A stretch of 64,000 bases of DNA, taken from the NCBI RefSeq assembly GCF_041381155.1, contig NC_091144.1:38668437-38732436 (forward strand), given 5' to 3'. This stretch comes from Argopecten irradians. Lineage: Eukaryota. The position numbers and the translations under genes were made by a program. Positions 12,611 through 25,365 of the stretch are shown one piece after another (the first letter of the stretch is position 1; each line of letters starts with the position of its first letter). The notes under the pieces were generated by a model that was not told the origin of the DNA, ran no database searches, and saw only the letters and a program-made list of their open reading frames with translations.

Positions 12611-13378
12611 AGGACATACCCGTACTATACATATAGCTAGTATTGATTGTATGTTTTGAGAGACTGGAAGTTTTCCTCTTGATTGTCTGTGTTGGACAGT
12701 AGACCTAGCCTAGAGCTCTAGGAACTATAATTGGAGACTTTATAGTGTTGTCATACTGCAGAATACTGCCAAACACACAAAGCTGCAGAATAACAATATA
12801 TGTATTGTTTTATCTGGATCAAATGTCTAGAAATATGACTTGTTAATCCGGACCCCTTAAGTGATAATTTTTCACACCATACATTATTCTATATCTATAT
12901 ATAATTAATATCTGTTATGTAAAGACTTTCATTATTTTCGTGGGTATTTTAATAAAAAATAATTTAAAAAAAAAGCCAAACCACAAAGATGATATACACA
13001 CAAATATTTCATGTTATACAGAACAAGAGACACTTTCTTTCCGGCACATTTACGACACAAACTACATTGATTTAAAACTAAATTTGGTTTTAAGAGAGAA
13101 CTTTATTACTTACACCATATTCAACTGATTAAGTGCAAGTGTCTTTGCAATGGTAGGCTTCCATTTTCTCCACTCTAAGAGATAATTATCATGTTGACTT
13201 GTATAATTATATATGCCATCCAAAGTCGGCAATTTAAAGAATATCTTTGAATTTAAAAGTACATGTATTTGTATTTTCAATCGTGAAAGCTGTATTGGTA
13301 ATTATGCTTGGTAATTATTCAAGTTTATAAAGCAAAAGACTCAGAATTGTTAGACAGTTTTTCAAATTTTTGCAAAGT

Positions 13379-13466
13379 TTAACTCATTCACACCTGAAGA
13401 CTAATTTAGACTCTTCTAAATCACAGACTAGACCAGTCCATTAAGACATTTCAGGGATGAATGATC
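13379..13466. mobile_element. MITE family A copy.
   Basis: ttaactcattcacacctgaagactaatttagactcttctaaatcacagactagaccagtccattaagacatttcagggatgaatgatc. Confidence 0.8.
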
Positions 13467-14569
13467 AAACGAGTCCCTCCAATTTTCCTTATATTCAAGG
13501 TTAAGATCTAGAATGCTTACTAGATTGAATATGTTGTAATTACATCTTTCATCATATCCTTGGAACTTGTAAAGTAAATACTGATTTCGGTGTAATCAAA
13601 TTTTTGTGCACAACAAAATTTAAATTAATTGGGCCATGATGAAGTGACGGTTTGCAATTGTTAGTTGTAGCAAAAGGAATCAATATCGTGCAGAACTACT
13701 CTTAGAATAATCCTCAATTCACCTTTCCTTGAAATGTGTCAAATAGTATAATTCAAGGAAAACCTCTCAAGACCATATACAGTTGTGTGATATAATTGAG
13801 TTCACAAAAGTTAATTTTAATCTTGGCATTTAAAAAAAAAAATTCAATAGCTCTTTCTGAATTTGTGAACATGCCGACATTAACAAAACTTGACATGCTG
13901 GAAATTAATGCTATTAATTACCATTTAAATTAGATTTATATCTTTCTGTTGCCTGTAACCCGAAGAGAAAAACTTAACTCAACATATTTTAACCATACCA
14001 TTTTGGTAAGCCATTTGAAAGAAATAAAGCGCAGCAATTTTTTTGGTGATATTCACTTGATTTGTAACAAGATGTAATTTTATGAGACAATACATAATAA
14101 TGCTTAAAGAATACTTTTATATTACCTTTTCAATACACAAAAATAAGTTGAAATTTATCTTTTACCAGGTAGATGAAATAATTTTCAGACAAAATGAATA
14201 TTGCTTTTTCAATACATGAAAGTAGGTTGAAATTTATCCAGGAGTTGAAAAAAGTCATAGAAAATACAGAAATACAAAGATATTCTGTATATAATACTAG
14301 TAATAAAATTTATCATCTCAAACTCAATTTTGTCACATAGCTATAATGTCAAAATGTGTAATGTCAAAATGTGTATGTAAAAAAAAAAGCCAAACCACAA
14401 AGATGATATACACACAAATATTTCATGTTTTACAGTTATATAATACTAGTAATAAAATTTATCATCTCAAACTCAATTTTGTCACATAGCTATAATGTCA
14501 AAATGTGTATGTGTTCATGGCTACAGTATTTGACCATATAATCTAGACTACCACCCCTAGTGACAGTCA

Positions 14570-14652
14570 AACACCCCTAAAGACACATTTGCATTCTTTT
14601 AAATCAAAGACTTGCCCAGTCCATTATGAAGTTTCAGGGATGTATGAGTTAA
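14570..14652. mobile_element. MITE family A copy.
   Basis: acacccctaaagacacatttgcattcttttaaatcaaagacttgcccagtccattatgaagtttcagggatgtatgagttaa. Confidence 0.7.
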
Positions 14653-14999
14653 AATATAGAGCTGTCACATTGAACTAACCTTCAGGAGGAGATCAGCATC
14701 ATTCAGTTACAGCCTTAGTGAAGCACAACTTTCAGCTAGTTTGAAGCAAAGGCTCGGGTGAAAAAAGCACAACGGTAAACCCAGCATAGGTGCAAGTGAT
14801 AAATTGAGGATCTGACAACATCTCATTCAGTGTCTCATTCTAGTAATTGGATAATACCTTTACTTCACTTTCAATGCATATTTTCAATCTGGCTCTCCTC
14901 AGTAAACCACATTCTATAGCTCTAGCTCTGGTGAAGTACAAATTCAGCTACAGTAAAGCAAATATTAAGTTCTAGTAAGGCAAAGGTCATGCTCCAATG

Positions 15000-15200
15000 A
15001 TTTGGTTTGGGTTGTTTGGTTTAACAGCCAAGGTCATTCAAGGACATGCCAGGTTTAGGAGAAGGAAAGCCAAAACACCCAGAGAAAAACCATCGACCAG
15101 CAGTCAGTGCCTTTATTTAGCAACTATCCCACATGGGATTCAAACTTGCGACCCAGAGGTGGAGGGCTTGTGGTTTGGACACATCTTGCTCTATTGAAGT
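15000..15200 (-). mobile_element. tRNA-derived SINE-like fragment.
   Basis: ...gagaaaaaccatcgaccagcagtcagtgcc...gggattcaaacttgcgacccagaggtggagggcttgtgg. The reverse complement shows a B-box-like AGTTTGAATCC. A second fragment lies at 15240-15370 and a third at 24200-24340. The track ORF 14997-15197 lies inside it. Confidence 0.6.
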
Positions 15201-15239
15201 AAATCTGAGAAGCTACAGCTCTGCCCAAATAAAGTCAAG

Positions 15240-15370
15240 GAAATTTAATGTCAAGCCAAATTTTAGGTGACAGAAAGCCCCAGTACCCAGAGGAAAAACC
15301 ACTGATCTATAGTGAGTGCCTCGCAAAAGTCCTGCATTGATTCCTGAACTCTCAACCCAGAGGTGGGGGG
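15240..15370 (-). mobile_element. SINE-like fragment, same family.
   Basis: cccagaggaaaaaccactgatctatagtgagtgcc...aactctcaacccagaggtggggggtcttgtag. Confidence 0.55.
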
Positions 15371-16278
15371 TCTTGTAGTACATCAGAACACGTTAATTAA
15401 GTCATATGATCAGTCACCGCTGACAATGAACTGCGTGGTTGAGCGAATTTTCTTTGGAATGGCTTAATTACTGTAGCCTCACTGTCCTTTTAATAATAAG
15501 TATTGAAGTCAAGTTACTCCAAATATTTAGACTAAAGCTTCATAACTATATAGAACCAGCTTAACTTTAATAGGCAAACGTATGAAATATTTTCAAATAC
15601 AGAACATTTATGTATGGAAACCAGTAATATTTAACAACATATTTGCATATTCTGTTTCAATAATTAGATATAAAACTAACCTACGACAGTGACAATTTTA
15701 TGACTCATGACCGGACCTTCAACCCAGACTTACAAACATCTAATTTCAATACAAATGTACTGATATTATCACCTAGCTAATGTTACCTGGGTCTCAGGTA
15801 ATGGTACGTTATATTCATAGGGACTTGGCACGGAATCCCAACCAAAGGTCAATATATATGTATTATAGAATACAATAATGCATTAATATTAACTTAACGA
15901 TGGTTGGAAATTTGTGCCAAATTCCTGTGTTATATTTAGCAATCCAATTTTTCTTCCTTATTCATAATGTATGTAAAATATATAAATGAAATAAATTCAT
16001 AATTAAAATTTATCAATAAATTAATACATAAACAGGTAAACTAGATATTTACAAAATGTATGTTATATAATGTATACATAAACTTAGATACATGAGATCT
16101 TGCAATTTCAACTAAAAATGAGAAAACAAAATATTTATGATTTTGAAAATTCGAGTTAAACATTTCTCAATATTTATATCAGAAGTCATTTTTGCGGTCA
16201 TAACAATGTCATTTGAAATCTCAAAAATATTATCCTTACAAACTAATTCTCCGCCATGAGTACATTCCCTTTTACTAT

Positions 16279-16658
16279 AGAAGATCCAGGGGTTACTATC
16301 ACTGAAGTTATATCTACCCCTGAACTATATCATAGTAAAACTGGAGGCAGTTCAGGAGAAAAAAAAACTGAACAATCACAGGCCTGCAGAGACTTCCTTT
16401 GAAGATTACAGAAAGGGAGCGACTCACAATTGCAACTTCAATGCAACACAGTGTACCGTTATACAATTCCTTTGATGTGCATCAAAGGACATGTGCATCA
16501 AAGGATCAAATTACCTGTCTCTTCCTGTGCCTTCAGTTTTACTATGAGATTTTCCAGGGGTTGATCACTGTAATAGAGAAAAATGTGTATAGAGCCAAAT
16601 GCCTGTGGATGGATATAGTACGTGTCAGTGATAGTATCTCCTGGAGTATTGAGGATGA
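16279..16658. mobile_element. MITE family C, ~380-bp copy.
   Basis: agatccaggggttactatcactgaagtt ... cagtgatagtatctcctggagtattgaggatg, with internal cagttttactatgagattttccagggg. The track ORF 16399-16662 lies inside it and is not considered coding. Confidence 0.7.
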
Positions 16659-17394
16659 CTGAATACCTGAATTAGTATGATTATTTTTTCTGCATCATGA
16701 CAATACAAAACTGAGTGAGCTTCCATGTTATAAAACTGATCTGTGTATATATAAGCGAGTGATAAATCCATCCGTTAACATGTTATTGTCATTTTGTAAT
16801 GAAACAAAGCCATATCCCTGTTGTCATAGCAACCCATTTTATCATCATTCACAGATTCGTTGTCTATATTTAGCCCATAATCATCAGATGATAGTTAGAG
16901 TTCTTATCAGCCTGTATTGCCATATGTACGACTGTGTTTGACTTGGTCATGTGATATCGTGTCAAGGATCATTGAAGGGCAATTGAATAGTAGATCTATA
17001 CCCATATAATATTGGAATAAATCTTGTGATTAGGGAGCTGTCATTTGAGAAGTTACTAGCTTTCCTTCATTCTACCACTAGCCCTCCCACTCTTGGCTTA
17101 ACTATTAAAGGTGTCTTGACATATTACCACAAGCCCTCCACCTTTTGTCGTCAGTTTGAATTCCATGTGTGGCAGTTGCATGAGTGCTGGTCGGTGGTTT
17201 TTCCCATGGTACTCTGACTTTCCTTCACCAACAAACATGGCACATCTTTGAATGATCCTGGCTGTTCATAGGATATTAAACCTATCAAACCACAGGTTTA
17301 CGACGTGCAAAAAAGAAAAAAGAAAAAAAAGACTGTTTTTAGTGGGTTTTTTTTGCGCATCAAAAACCTGTTGTCAAACCCAACCAATCTTTGG

Positions 17395-17530
17395 TGTGGT
17401 GGCAAAGTGGTTAAAGTGTTTGACATTTTACCACTTGCTCTCCAATCTGATTGAAATATGTATCCTCATAACCACTCTGTTCAATAGAGGATCTGACAAC
17501 ATCCCATGTAAGGGGTCATGTTTGGATGAC
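17395..17530 (+). mobile_element. SINE-like fragment carrying the tRNA-like head in plus orientation.
   Basis: GGTGGCAAAGTGGTTAAAGTGTTTGACATTTTACCAC is the near-exact reverse complement of the 59-bp satellite unit core (gtggtaaaatgtcagacaccttaaccactcagccacc). It is followed by ggatctgacaacatcccatg, which is also found inverted at 43764-43800 and at 14790-14815. The track ORF 17252-17578 overlaps it. Confidence 0.5.
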
Positions 17531-20500
17531 CTTTATACCACGTGTACTTCAGATCCAATGCATTGCTATGTCAATTGACGCCATTTTGTCTCAGTATACA
17601 TATACAATTTCCTATTTGGGCGAGATGACTTGATACACAAAAATAATTCTGACAGCTTTTTTCAAACAATTTAATCCCTTTAAAGTCACATTCAAGATTC
17701 TGGCAGCAGCAATTTGATTGGCCATTTCTAAATGTCACCTGGATATGACCCCTAATGGGATGTTGTCAAATTCTATTATTCAATGCAGAGATAATAAAGG
17801 TCTGTATCTGCTCTCCATTTCTAGATTGGCTGAGAAGTTTTAAGAAATGCTACCATTATCCTTCACCTCCTCTGGTTCCTGAGTTTGAGTGCCAAGCTGG
17901 ACAATTGTTCTGTACAGTACTTGTTGTAGTTTGGTGTTTTTTCTCAATGTACTCTGGATATCTTCCTCCACCTAAATGGCCAAGTTTCACAAATATTCCT
18001 TATCCTTAGGAAATCATTAACTTAGAAAAGCATTACAGAAGTTTAGGAAAGTTTCAAACTTCAATTTTAACATAATTAAAAATTCAAACAAAGGGTAAAA
18101 GGAAGGGGCACTTATTTGTGAACCAAAATGTAAGTTGTGGACGAAAAATCTCAGCCATGTTTTAACTCTTTCTGTACTCATGGCACATTAATCTGTCACA
18201 GTAAACATGCATATATGGCTTTTAACCTTTGAGACGCAATGTAATGTCATGATTCAAGTAAAAGACTCGCAAGTTCATGTAATATGGGATACAGTGCTGA
18301 TGTCAGAGGCATCACATGTTGTAAAACGTTGTTAAATCCATGGGATGGGGGCGTTTATACAACTTCTCCAGAAAAGGGGAGGGGCGCTTAAAGGGGGAGG
18401 GGCGCTAATTACGGCGTGTATGGTAATGCTTTTCTATAGAGAATTTCATTTCAAGGAACTCTCTACTATTAAATGTGAAGGAATGTTTGTAAAACTACAG
18501 TGAAAGTGTTAAGCCGTAAAAAGTTGAAAACTGGTAGGAGTAAAAGTAATTTGCTGGTTATTGTAAAACAGCTGTTAGAATACAAGGAAGTTATGAACTC
18601 ACTTCAAGTGAACACGTACAAAAGCAGTTTTAACTAACGGTACAAATTTCATTTGCAAATTGAAGAGGGGAAAAATTCGAAAAATGGGCTAACAATTAAT
18701 TTTCTTCGTAAATCAATATTCATACAAAGATAGAAGAATCCTTAAAGGCCATCCACCTTTCTGAGATAAAAATGTAAATTTTCTTAAAAATAATAATAAC
18801 ATCAGAAAATATGTATCGATGGCTTAAGAAGAGGTTACAACATCAAACCATTGCAAGATTCCTGGTAAATCTGTGTTACATGTAACAGTGAGGATTAATT
18901 ACAGTTTTGCTGTCTCACGAGTGCAGTGTTAGTAAATTAATGTACGGTAATTAGGACGACGGCGGAAAACATAAGACAACCTGCCTTGTGAATATTAACA
19001 TTTCATTTATTCGAATAAGGTGACAAGTACAGCATTAATGGTAAGCTTGTAACTTTTTTCGACTCTTTAAAATTATCAGTTTCGTTTTACATACCCATTT
19101 TAAAAATTAAAAGCCGCTTCAGAAAAGTAGTCCAAAGTCAATGTAAGCAGGTAAACCTGTCTTTAAAGACCACCTAAGGGACAAAGAAAAAACAATGGTC
19201 CTTATAACCAAGTGGCCTTTATACAGAGGTCAAAACTCTTTGGGACCCAAGTGGTCTTATGAAGCAGGTGGTCTTTATACAGAGGTAGTTGCTAAGGCAG
19301 GATTTACTGTAGTTTTAACTGCATGCAAATTGTAAAACCAGGAACCAATTTATTGGAGAGAATTGACTAGTGAAGCCAATATCTTGGCTTAAATTGTGTG
19401 CTCAATTACAACCTATTTACTCTGAAGTATTGATTGTGAAATCTTTCGGTTTATAAAAAGGAAATTGACAAGATGAGAGGAAAGAACTTGCTTAAGGGAA
19501 ACCTCCCTAGTGCTTATCATTCCAACAGGGGTCTGTTACCTTAAAACACTACAGGAAATACTAAGTCTTCTGAGCTGATCATTATCTGACATGCCAGGAA
19601 ACATGTTAAGTCCCTGTGCCATATTTAATCTATGCACAGAGGATTGAAAGGTTTATACAATGAATGAAAAAAAAATAAACAATGGGCCCTTGGATAAAGA
19701 AATGAGTCAAGTCCCTGTGATATATCTGGTATTCAAAGTTAAGTCTAGAGACCAACTAATGCAATCAGTGAGCCTTTGGATTAAGGAACGAGTCAAGTCC
19801 CTGCATGGTATATCTGGTATTCAAAGCAAAGTCTAGAGATCACTGAGCCCTTCAATAACAGAACGAGTCAAGTCCCTGTGTTATATCTGCTACTTAAAGC
19901 TGAGTATATTCATTAACGTGTTTATATGGTATTTTCTATATAGATCACATTGAGGCTAGGCTAATCGATTGAGTCTCGACGAATATTTTATAATGCTAGA
20001 CCGCACCAGACCCACATGATCATGCTAAACGCAAACCGCTAGAGATTGTCACAAGAATTTCTGAACAGTTAATCAATTCGATTGTTATGCTCCATCGTAT
20101 TTCTTTCTTATGCCTAATTACGACATCATTTTACTTTCAAAATGTCAGAATTTCAGTCAGCTTCTAAATCGTGAAGCACATGGTCACGAATACATTGAAA
20201 CGTTTTAGCAGTGAATTGAAATTTCATTTGATGTAAACATTTTAGAACAGAATAAATGAGAAAGGTTTTTCTCATGAGCTTTTTTTTCATTTGCCGTAGT
20301 GGAATTTCACGGCATACCGAATACCATGGTTTAGATGTTCATACGAGACCAATAAAAAGACTATCTCTCTCAAGTTTTTCTGATGGTTTCTCATTGTATG
20401 GATTGTACTCCGACTTAAAATTGCTTCTCAAGCTTCTTAAAGTCTGGTGACCTTTTTAGAAAAGTGTTGCATCAACTGTTCATATCCTACGGAAAGGTCT

Positions 20501-20832
20501 CAGATAATTACTGTTGGAAACACTTTCCAATTTTAATGGAAATTCCATCGTAACATTGCAGTATTGTACATAGTCACTCAACTTAAAATACTTTGTTTTC
20601 ACAAATTTTATTTACAAGAGAATGCAGTTACACAGAAGTGTCATAGGGACCCCTGTGTTCGCTACAATAACCCGCAGGGTTTGAGTAACAATTTCTTTTC
20701 ATGTGAAGGGACTCCCTCATCTTGTATAACACCGACCATCAACACAAGTATAAAGCTAGCATGTAAATTGTAAAGGAAATGGTGTCCTATTTGCATAGAT
20801 TGTGATGTAACACTACTGTTGTACACCAGCAT

Positions 20833-20920
20833 CATTACTCACCCCTAAAATTTCATAATGAACCCTTCCATCCTTTGAATTGGAAGAGTTCATGTGTGTC
20901 TTTAGGGGTGCGTGAGTATA
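20833..20920. mobile_element. MITE family A copy, in the same orientation as the 3553 copy.
   Basis: cattactcacccctaaaatttcataatgaacccttcc...gaagagttcatgtgtgtctttaggggtgcgtgagtata. Confidence 0.7.
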
Positions 20921-21236
20921 GCCGGGAAGATTCTCGTGTGACAGTAAAAATTATCTGATCACGTATAACACTGGTATATTCACTGTTCCATGAATCCATA
21001 ATGGGAACGTGAAGAATCATGACTTTGAAACGATTTGGAAATCAATTGAGAATGAATGTTTAAAGAGTCTTAAAACCAGGTAATATATTCAACACCTGTT
21101 GCAGCTTTTTATTATTAATTTCAAGCAACACCGTCACATTCATAAACAACAAACACACACATGTTTCTGTGAACACAATTCATAATTTCAACAAAATTGG
21201 TTATAAAGGCAATTTTTCAAAAAAATTAAAGAAATT

Positions 21237-21322
21237 ATCTCATTCACCCCTGAAGACACATTTAGACTCTTCCGAATCAAAAAGTAGACCAGTCCATTAT
21301 GAAATTTCAGGGGTGAATAAGT
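21237..21322. mobile_element. MITE family A copy, immediately upstream of the 59-bp satellite.
   Basis: tctcattcacccctgaagacacatttagactcttccgaatcaaaaagtagaccagtccattatgaaatttcaggggtgaataagtaaac. Confidence 0.8.
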
Positions 21323-21344
21323 AAACTAAAATTCATAGTTGTTA

Positions 21345-22905
21345 GTTCATTGTGGTAGAATGTCAGACACCTTAACCACACAGCCACTATGGCCCAGAAG
21401 TGGAGGGCTAATGGTAGAATGTCAGACACCTTAACCACTCAGCCACTATGGCCCAGAGGTGGATGGATATTGGTAGAATGTCAGACACCTTAACCACTCA
21501 GCCACCACTACCCAGACGTAGAGGGCTAATGGTAGAATGTCAGACACCTTAACCACTCGGCCACTATGGCCCAGAGGTGGAGGACTAGAGGTAGAATGTC
21601 AGACACCTTAACCACTCAGCCACCATGGCCCAGAGGTGGAGGGCTAGTGGTAGAATGTCAGACACTTTAACCACTCAGCCACTATGGCCCAGAGGTGGAG
21701 GGCTAGTGGTAAAATGTCAGACACCTTAACCACTCAGCCACCATGGCCCTGAGGCGGAGGGCTAATGGTAAAATGTCAGACACCTTAACCACTCAGCCAC
21801 TATGGCCGGGAGGTGGATGGATATTGGTAGAATGTCAGACACCTTAACCACTCAGCCACCATGACCCAAAGGTATTGGCTAGTGGTAAAATGTCAGACAC
21901 CTTAACCACTCAGCCACCATGACCCAAAGGTATTGGGTTAGTGGTAGAATGTCAAGACACCTTAACCACTCAGCCACCATGACCCAAAGGTATTGGGCTA
22001 ATGGTAAAATGTCAGACACCTTAACCACTCAGCCACCATGACCCAAAGGTATTGGGCTAATGGTAAAATGTCAGACACCTTAACCACTCAGCCACCATGA
22101 CCCAAAGGTATTGGGCTAATGGTAGAATGTCAGACACCTTAACCACTCAGCCACCATGACCCAAAGGTATTGGGTTAGTGGTAAAATGTCAGACACCTTA
22201 ACCACTCAGCCACCATGACCCAAAGGTATTGGGCTAATGGTAAAATGTCAGACACCTTAACCACTCAGCCACCATGACCCAAAGGTATTGGGTTAGTGGT
22301 AAAATGTCAGACACCTTAACCACTCAGCCACCATGACCCAAAGGTATTGGGCTAATGGTAAAATGTCAGACACCTTAACCATTCAGCCACCATGACCCAA
22401 AGGTATTGGGTTAGTGGTAAAATGTCAGACACCTTAACCACTCAGCCACCATGACCCAAAGGTATTGGGTTAGTGGTAAAATGTTAGACACCTTAACCAC
22501 TCAGCCACCATGACCCAAAGGTATTGGGTTAGTGGTAAAATGTCAGATACCTTAACCACTCAGCCACCATGACCCAAAGGTATTGGGCTAATGGTAAAAT
22601 GTCAGACACCTTAACCACTCAGCCACCATGACCCAAAGGTATTGGGCTAATGGTAAAATGTCAGACACCTTAACCACTCAGCCACCATGACCCAAAGGTA
22701 TTGGGCTAATGGTAGAATGTCAGACACCTTAACCACTCAGCCACCATGACCCAAAGGTATTGGGTTAGTGGTAAAATGTCAGACACCTTAACCACTCAGC
22801 CACCATGACCCAAAGGTATTGGGCTAGTGGTAAAATGTCAGACACCTTAACCACTCAGCCACCATGACCCAGAGGTATTGGGCTAGTGGTAAAATGTCAG
22901 ACACA
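21345..22905. repeat. Satellite with a 59-bp unit, about 26 copies (1.5 kb), derived from the tRNA-like head of the SINE family. There are two sub-blocks: variant A at 21345-21800 and variant B at 21800-22905.
   Basis: Unit gtagaatgtcagacaccttaaccactcagccac[ct]atggcccagaggtggagggcta[ag]tg (variant A) versus gtaaaatgtcagacaccttaaccactcagccaccatgacccaaaggtattgggctaatg (variant B), with a period of 59-60 bp. The reverse complement contains the A-box-like GGCTGAGTGGTTAAGG. The motif cccagaggtggagggct is shared with the SINE fragments at 15170 and 24320. Confidence 0.9.
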
Positions 22906-23953
22906 CCAACTTCTATGCTTCTGCTGACTTGTTCAAACTGTATGCAATTACTCAGATATGTTTGATGGCTAATAAAATATTAATAAAATTCATATTCACA
23001 AAATAAAAAATCAAGTTATTCAGAATGTTATAGAAACAAAGAAAATGTGATAACGTAAACTAATTTTTTTTTTAAAGTTTGGCATCAGGGTAAAATATCA
23101 GTGATGAAATTTATAGAAAATTGTGTCATTCAAGACATTATATTTACATATAACTTTATATACTCAACTTGCTACAATGAATATGTCTGTATTCAGTTGT
23201 GTTCATATCACCTTAAACGCAATAAAAACACTGTTCAATCCCTATTTAACACACATGCATACGCATGCAGACACATATATCTGTACACATCTCTATACTA
23301 ATATCTTACACATATACAATTATCACACTAAATGTTGATACAGGCAAGTGAATTCCAGTCACCCTTGTGACTTAATAGACTATTCCATCCACACCTGTAA
23401 TTCCATAATGGACTACTCCATTATTCAAGCCAAAGGATTGGAACTTTTCAACTGTCTTGTTTAATGAACTAAAATGTATTTTGATCGCGATATATATCAC
23501 ATGGCCTTGGGGAATTATTTATTCAATATCCACATATATATCATATAGTCTTTTGTAAACAGGGATTTGAGAAACATGAAAACATACATAAAATATCAGT
23601 TAAATTCCACATCTTATACCTCCCCTTGTCACAGGGACTTGAGGAATCCACTGATTAATAGTAAGTCATATCTTGATCACAGGGATTTGATAAATTGTTT
23701 TATCTTTTTTTGGCTGGGATTTTGACCACTTAATCAATCACCGTTTATTCCATTCAGTTGTTGTGCTGTATCTGTATGGGTTACACTACTACATCCTGAA
23801 ACTGGTAATCCTGCAGCGGGTAAGAGAGTGCGCAGGAAGTGGTTCAGTTATGCGATTTAAGTGCCGATGTAAAACCCTTGATGTCTTCATGTCCTTTATT
23901 CATGATTCACCATAATACATAAACAATATAAATCACAGCACGCTTTGTTTTCC

Positions 23954-23996
23954 CATCATCATCATCATCATCAATTCATAATCACCATCATCATCC
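23954..23996. repeat. (CAT)n microsatellite.
   Basis: catcatcatcatcatcatcaattcataatcaccatcatcatcc. It is the poly-Met stretch of track ORF 23933-24133. Confidence 0.8.
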
Positions 23997-24199
23997 TTAT
24001 GTGTAAATCTCAATTTTAGTAAGTAAGTAACCGGTGTTTTTTTTCCTTTATTGTGCAAAGTTAAAGAGAAAACAAACCCTTTCCATGAAGTCAGATGTAC
24101 CATCTTAGCATCAATTAAAATTTTTTTTTTCAATTTCTCTTTGATGGAAGGCGCTATGGTTATATTCCTTGGTTTGATTTGTATGAATTAACATCCAAT

Positions 24200-24440
24200 T
24201 AATAGCCAGGGTCATTAAACGGTATGCCAAGTGAAGGAGATGGAGAAAAGCCAGAGTACCTGGAGAAAAACCACCGACCTACGGTCAGTAAATTGCAGCT
24301 GCCTCGTGTGTGTTTTGTACTCACAACCTAGAGGTGGAGGGCTTGTGATAAATATATCGGGACCACTCCGCTAACCATGCCCTCCTTACTTTTGTGATAA
24401 ATATATCGGGACCACTCCGCTAACCATGCCCTCCTTACTT
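24200..24440 (-). mobile_element. SINE-like fragment with a 44-bp terminal duplication (24340-24440), just 3' of the Deltex-like stop codon.
   Basis: ccagagtacctggagaaaaaccaccgacctacggtcagt...cacaacctagaggtggagggcttgtgataaatatatcgggaccactccgctaaccatgccctccttacttttg, with the last 44 bp occurring twice. Confidence 0.55.
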
Positions 24441-24527
24441 TTGATGAAGGGGATACCACATGGAAGTTAAATCACAGTCACGGTCTGTCGTTGTACAATT
24501 TTCCATTTTGTTTTTTCTGATCACAGA

Positions 24528-24636
24528 TCAATGTATGATGTTCAGCGTTGTGTGATCCAGATCCTCCTCTGTTACCCCTTTAGCTGCTAGCTCTTCCGTT
24601 ACCCTCCCCAGGTACGTAGGATCTGGGTACCCAAAA
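24528..24636 (-). CDS. Deltex-like gene, terminal exon: end of the DTC domain and the stop codon.
   Basis: The reverse complement shows acceptor tgtttcttccag|TTTTGGGTACC at 24637/24636. With the 2 nt from the previous exon it reads (N)[35 protein letters not shown], then the stop TGA at 24528-24530. This matches DTX1 [24 protein letters not shown] and DTX3L [22 protein letters not shown]. Confidence 0.8.
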
Positions 24637-25051
24637 CTGGAAGAAACAGACACACATCAGTACAAGGGAAATAACTCTTCGAAATTATGACCTAAAAAAT
24701 ATATACATGTAAAATGAAAGAAAGACAGAGATGGTATCAGCGGAAGGGAAATAACTCCTTCAGATCAAGATGATATTTTTTTCTTTATTTTTGAAAGAAT
24801 ACTCAGATTAATTTGAAAAACTGAAAATCACAGTCTCAGGATAAAATTGCTGAGACCTTAATTACAAACTTAGTCAACAATGTTATAATGATCTTAAGAG
24901 TCTGCGTCCAGAATATCAAAAGCTATAATTAATCGGAAGCAAACAAAACTATAAGGAAGCTGCTGTTAAACGATAGCTGTTTTTTATTTAATCATGACAG
25001 TAAAAACTTCAAAAATATATAATTGGCTTATTGAATTGATCATCAGTTGAC

Positions 25052-25143
25052 TTAACTCATTAACCCTTGTAGACACATTTGGACTCTTCCGATTCAAAAG
25101 TTGGAAGAGTTCATTATGAATTTTCAGGGGTGCATGAGTTAAT
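25052..25143. mobile_element. MITE family A copy inside the Deltex-like intron between exons 25366-25583 and 24528-24636.
   Basis: taactcattaacccttgtagacacatttggactcttccgattcaaaagttggaagagttcattatgaattttcaggggtgcatgagttaatg. Confidence 0.8.
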
Positions 25144-25365
25144 GACACAACCAGAACCCACGATCAATATCAAACAAAGATTATAAAAAATCTAAGCTGA
25201 ATGAGGTTTTTCCATCAGATTATAATCATATCTTAATCTTCACTCCTTTCCGCTAAACCTACTCTGGCCCAGCATGGAAATCAAGATGTGACTTTAATCA
25301 GATCTGAGGTTTTAGTTCTTATCTTAATATTAAGAGCATTTGTATATCCACTGATTTATACCTAC

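Noticed and set aside
15000-15200. tRNA gene call for the tRNA-like segments at 15140-15180, 24300-24340 and 17395-17433
   Set aside because: The T-arm and acceptor stems do not close (for example gggtcgcaagtttgaatcc is not followed by a complementary stem), and the segments sit within longer SINE-like bodies. They are treated as SINE heads, not tRNA genes.
16399-16662. Track ORF 16399-16662 (+), 87 aa
   Set aside because: It lies within a family-C MITE, between its terminal inverted repeats.
21345-22905. Regular direct repeats that could superficially resemble a CRISPR array (also 26459-26960, 61625-62200, 63590-64000)
   Set aside because: The units abut head-to-tail with no unique spacers, and the context is eukaryotic (spliced genes, SINEs and MITEs). 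They are satellites and minisatellites.
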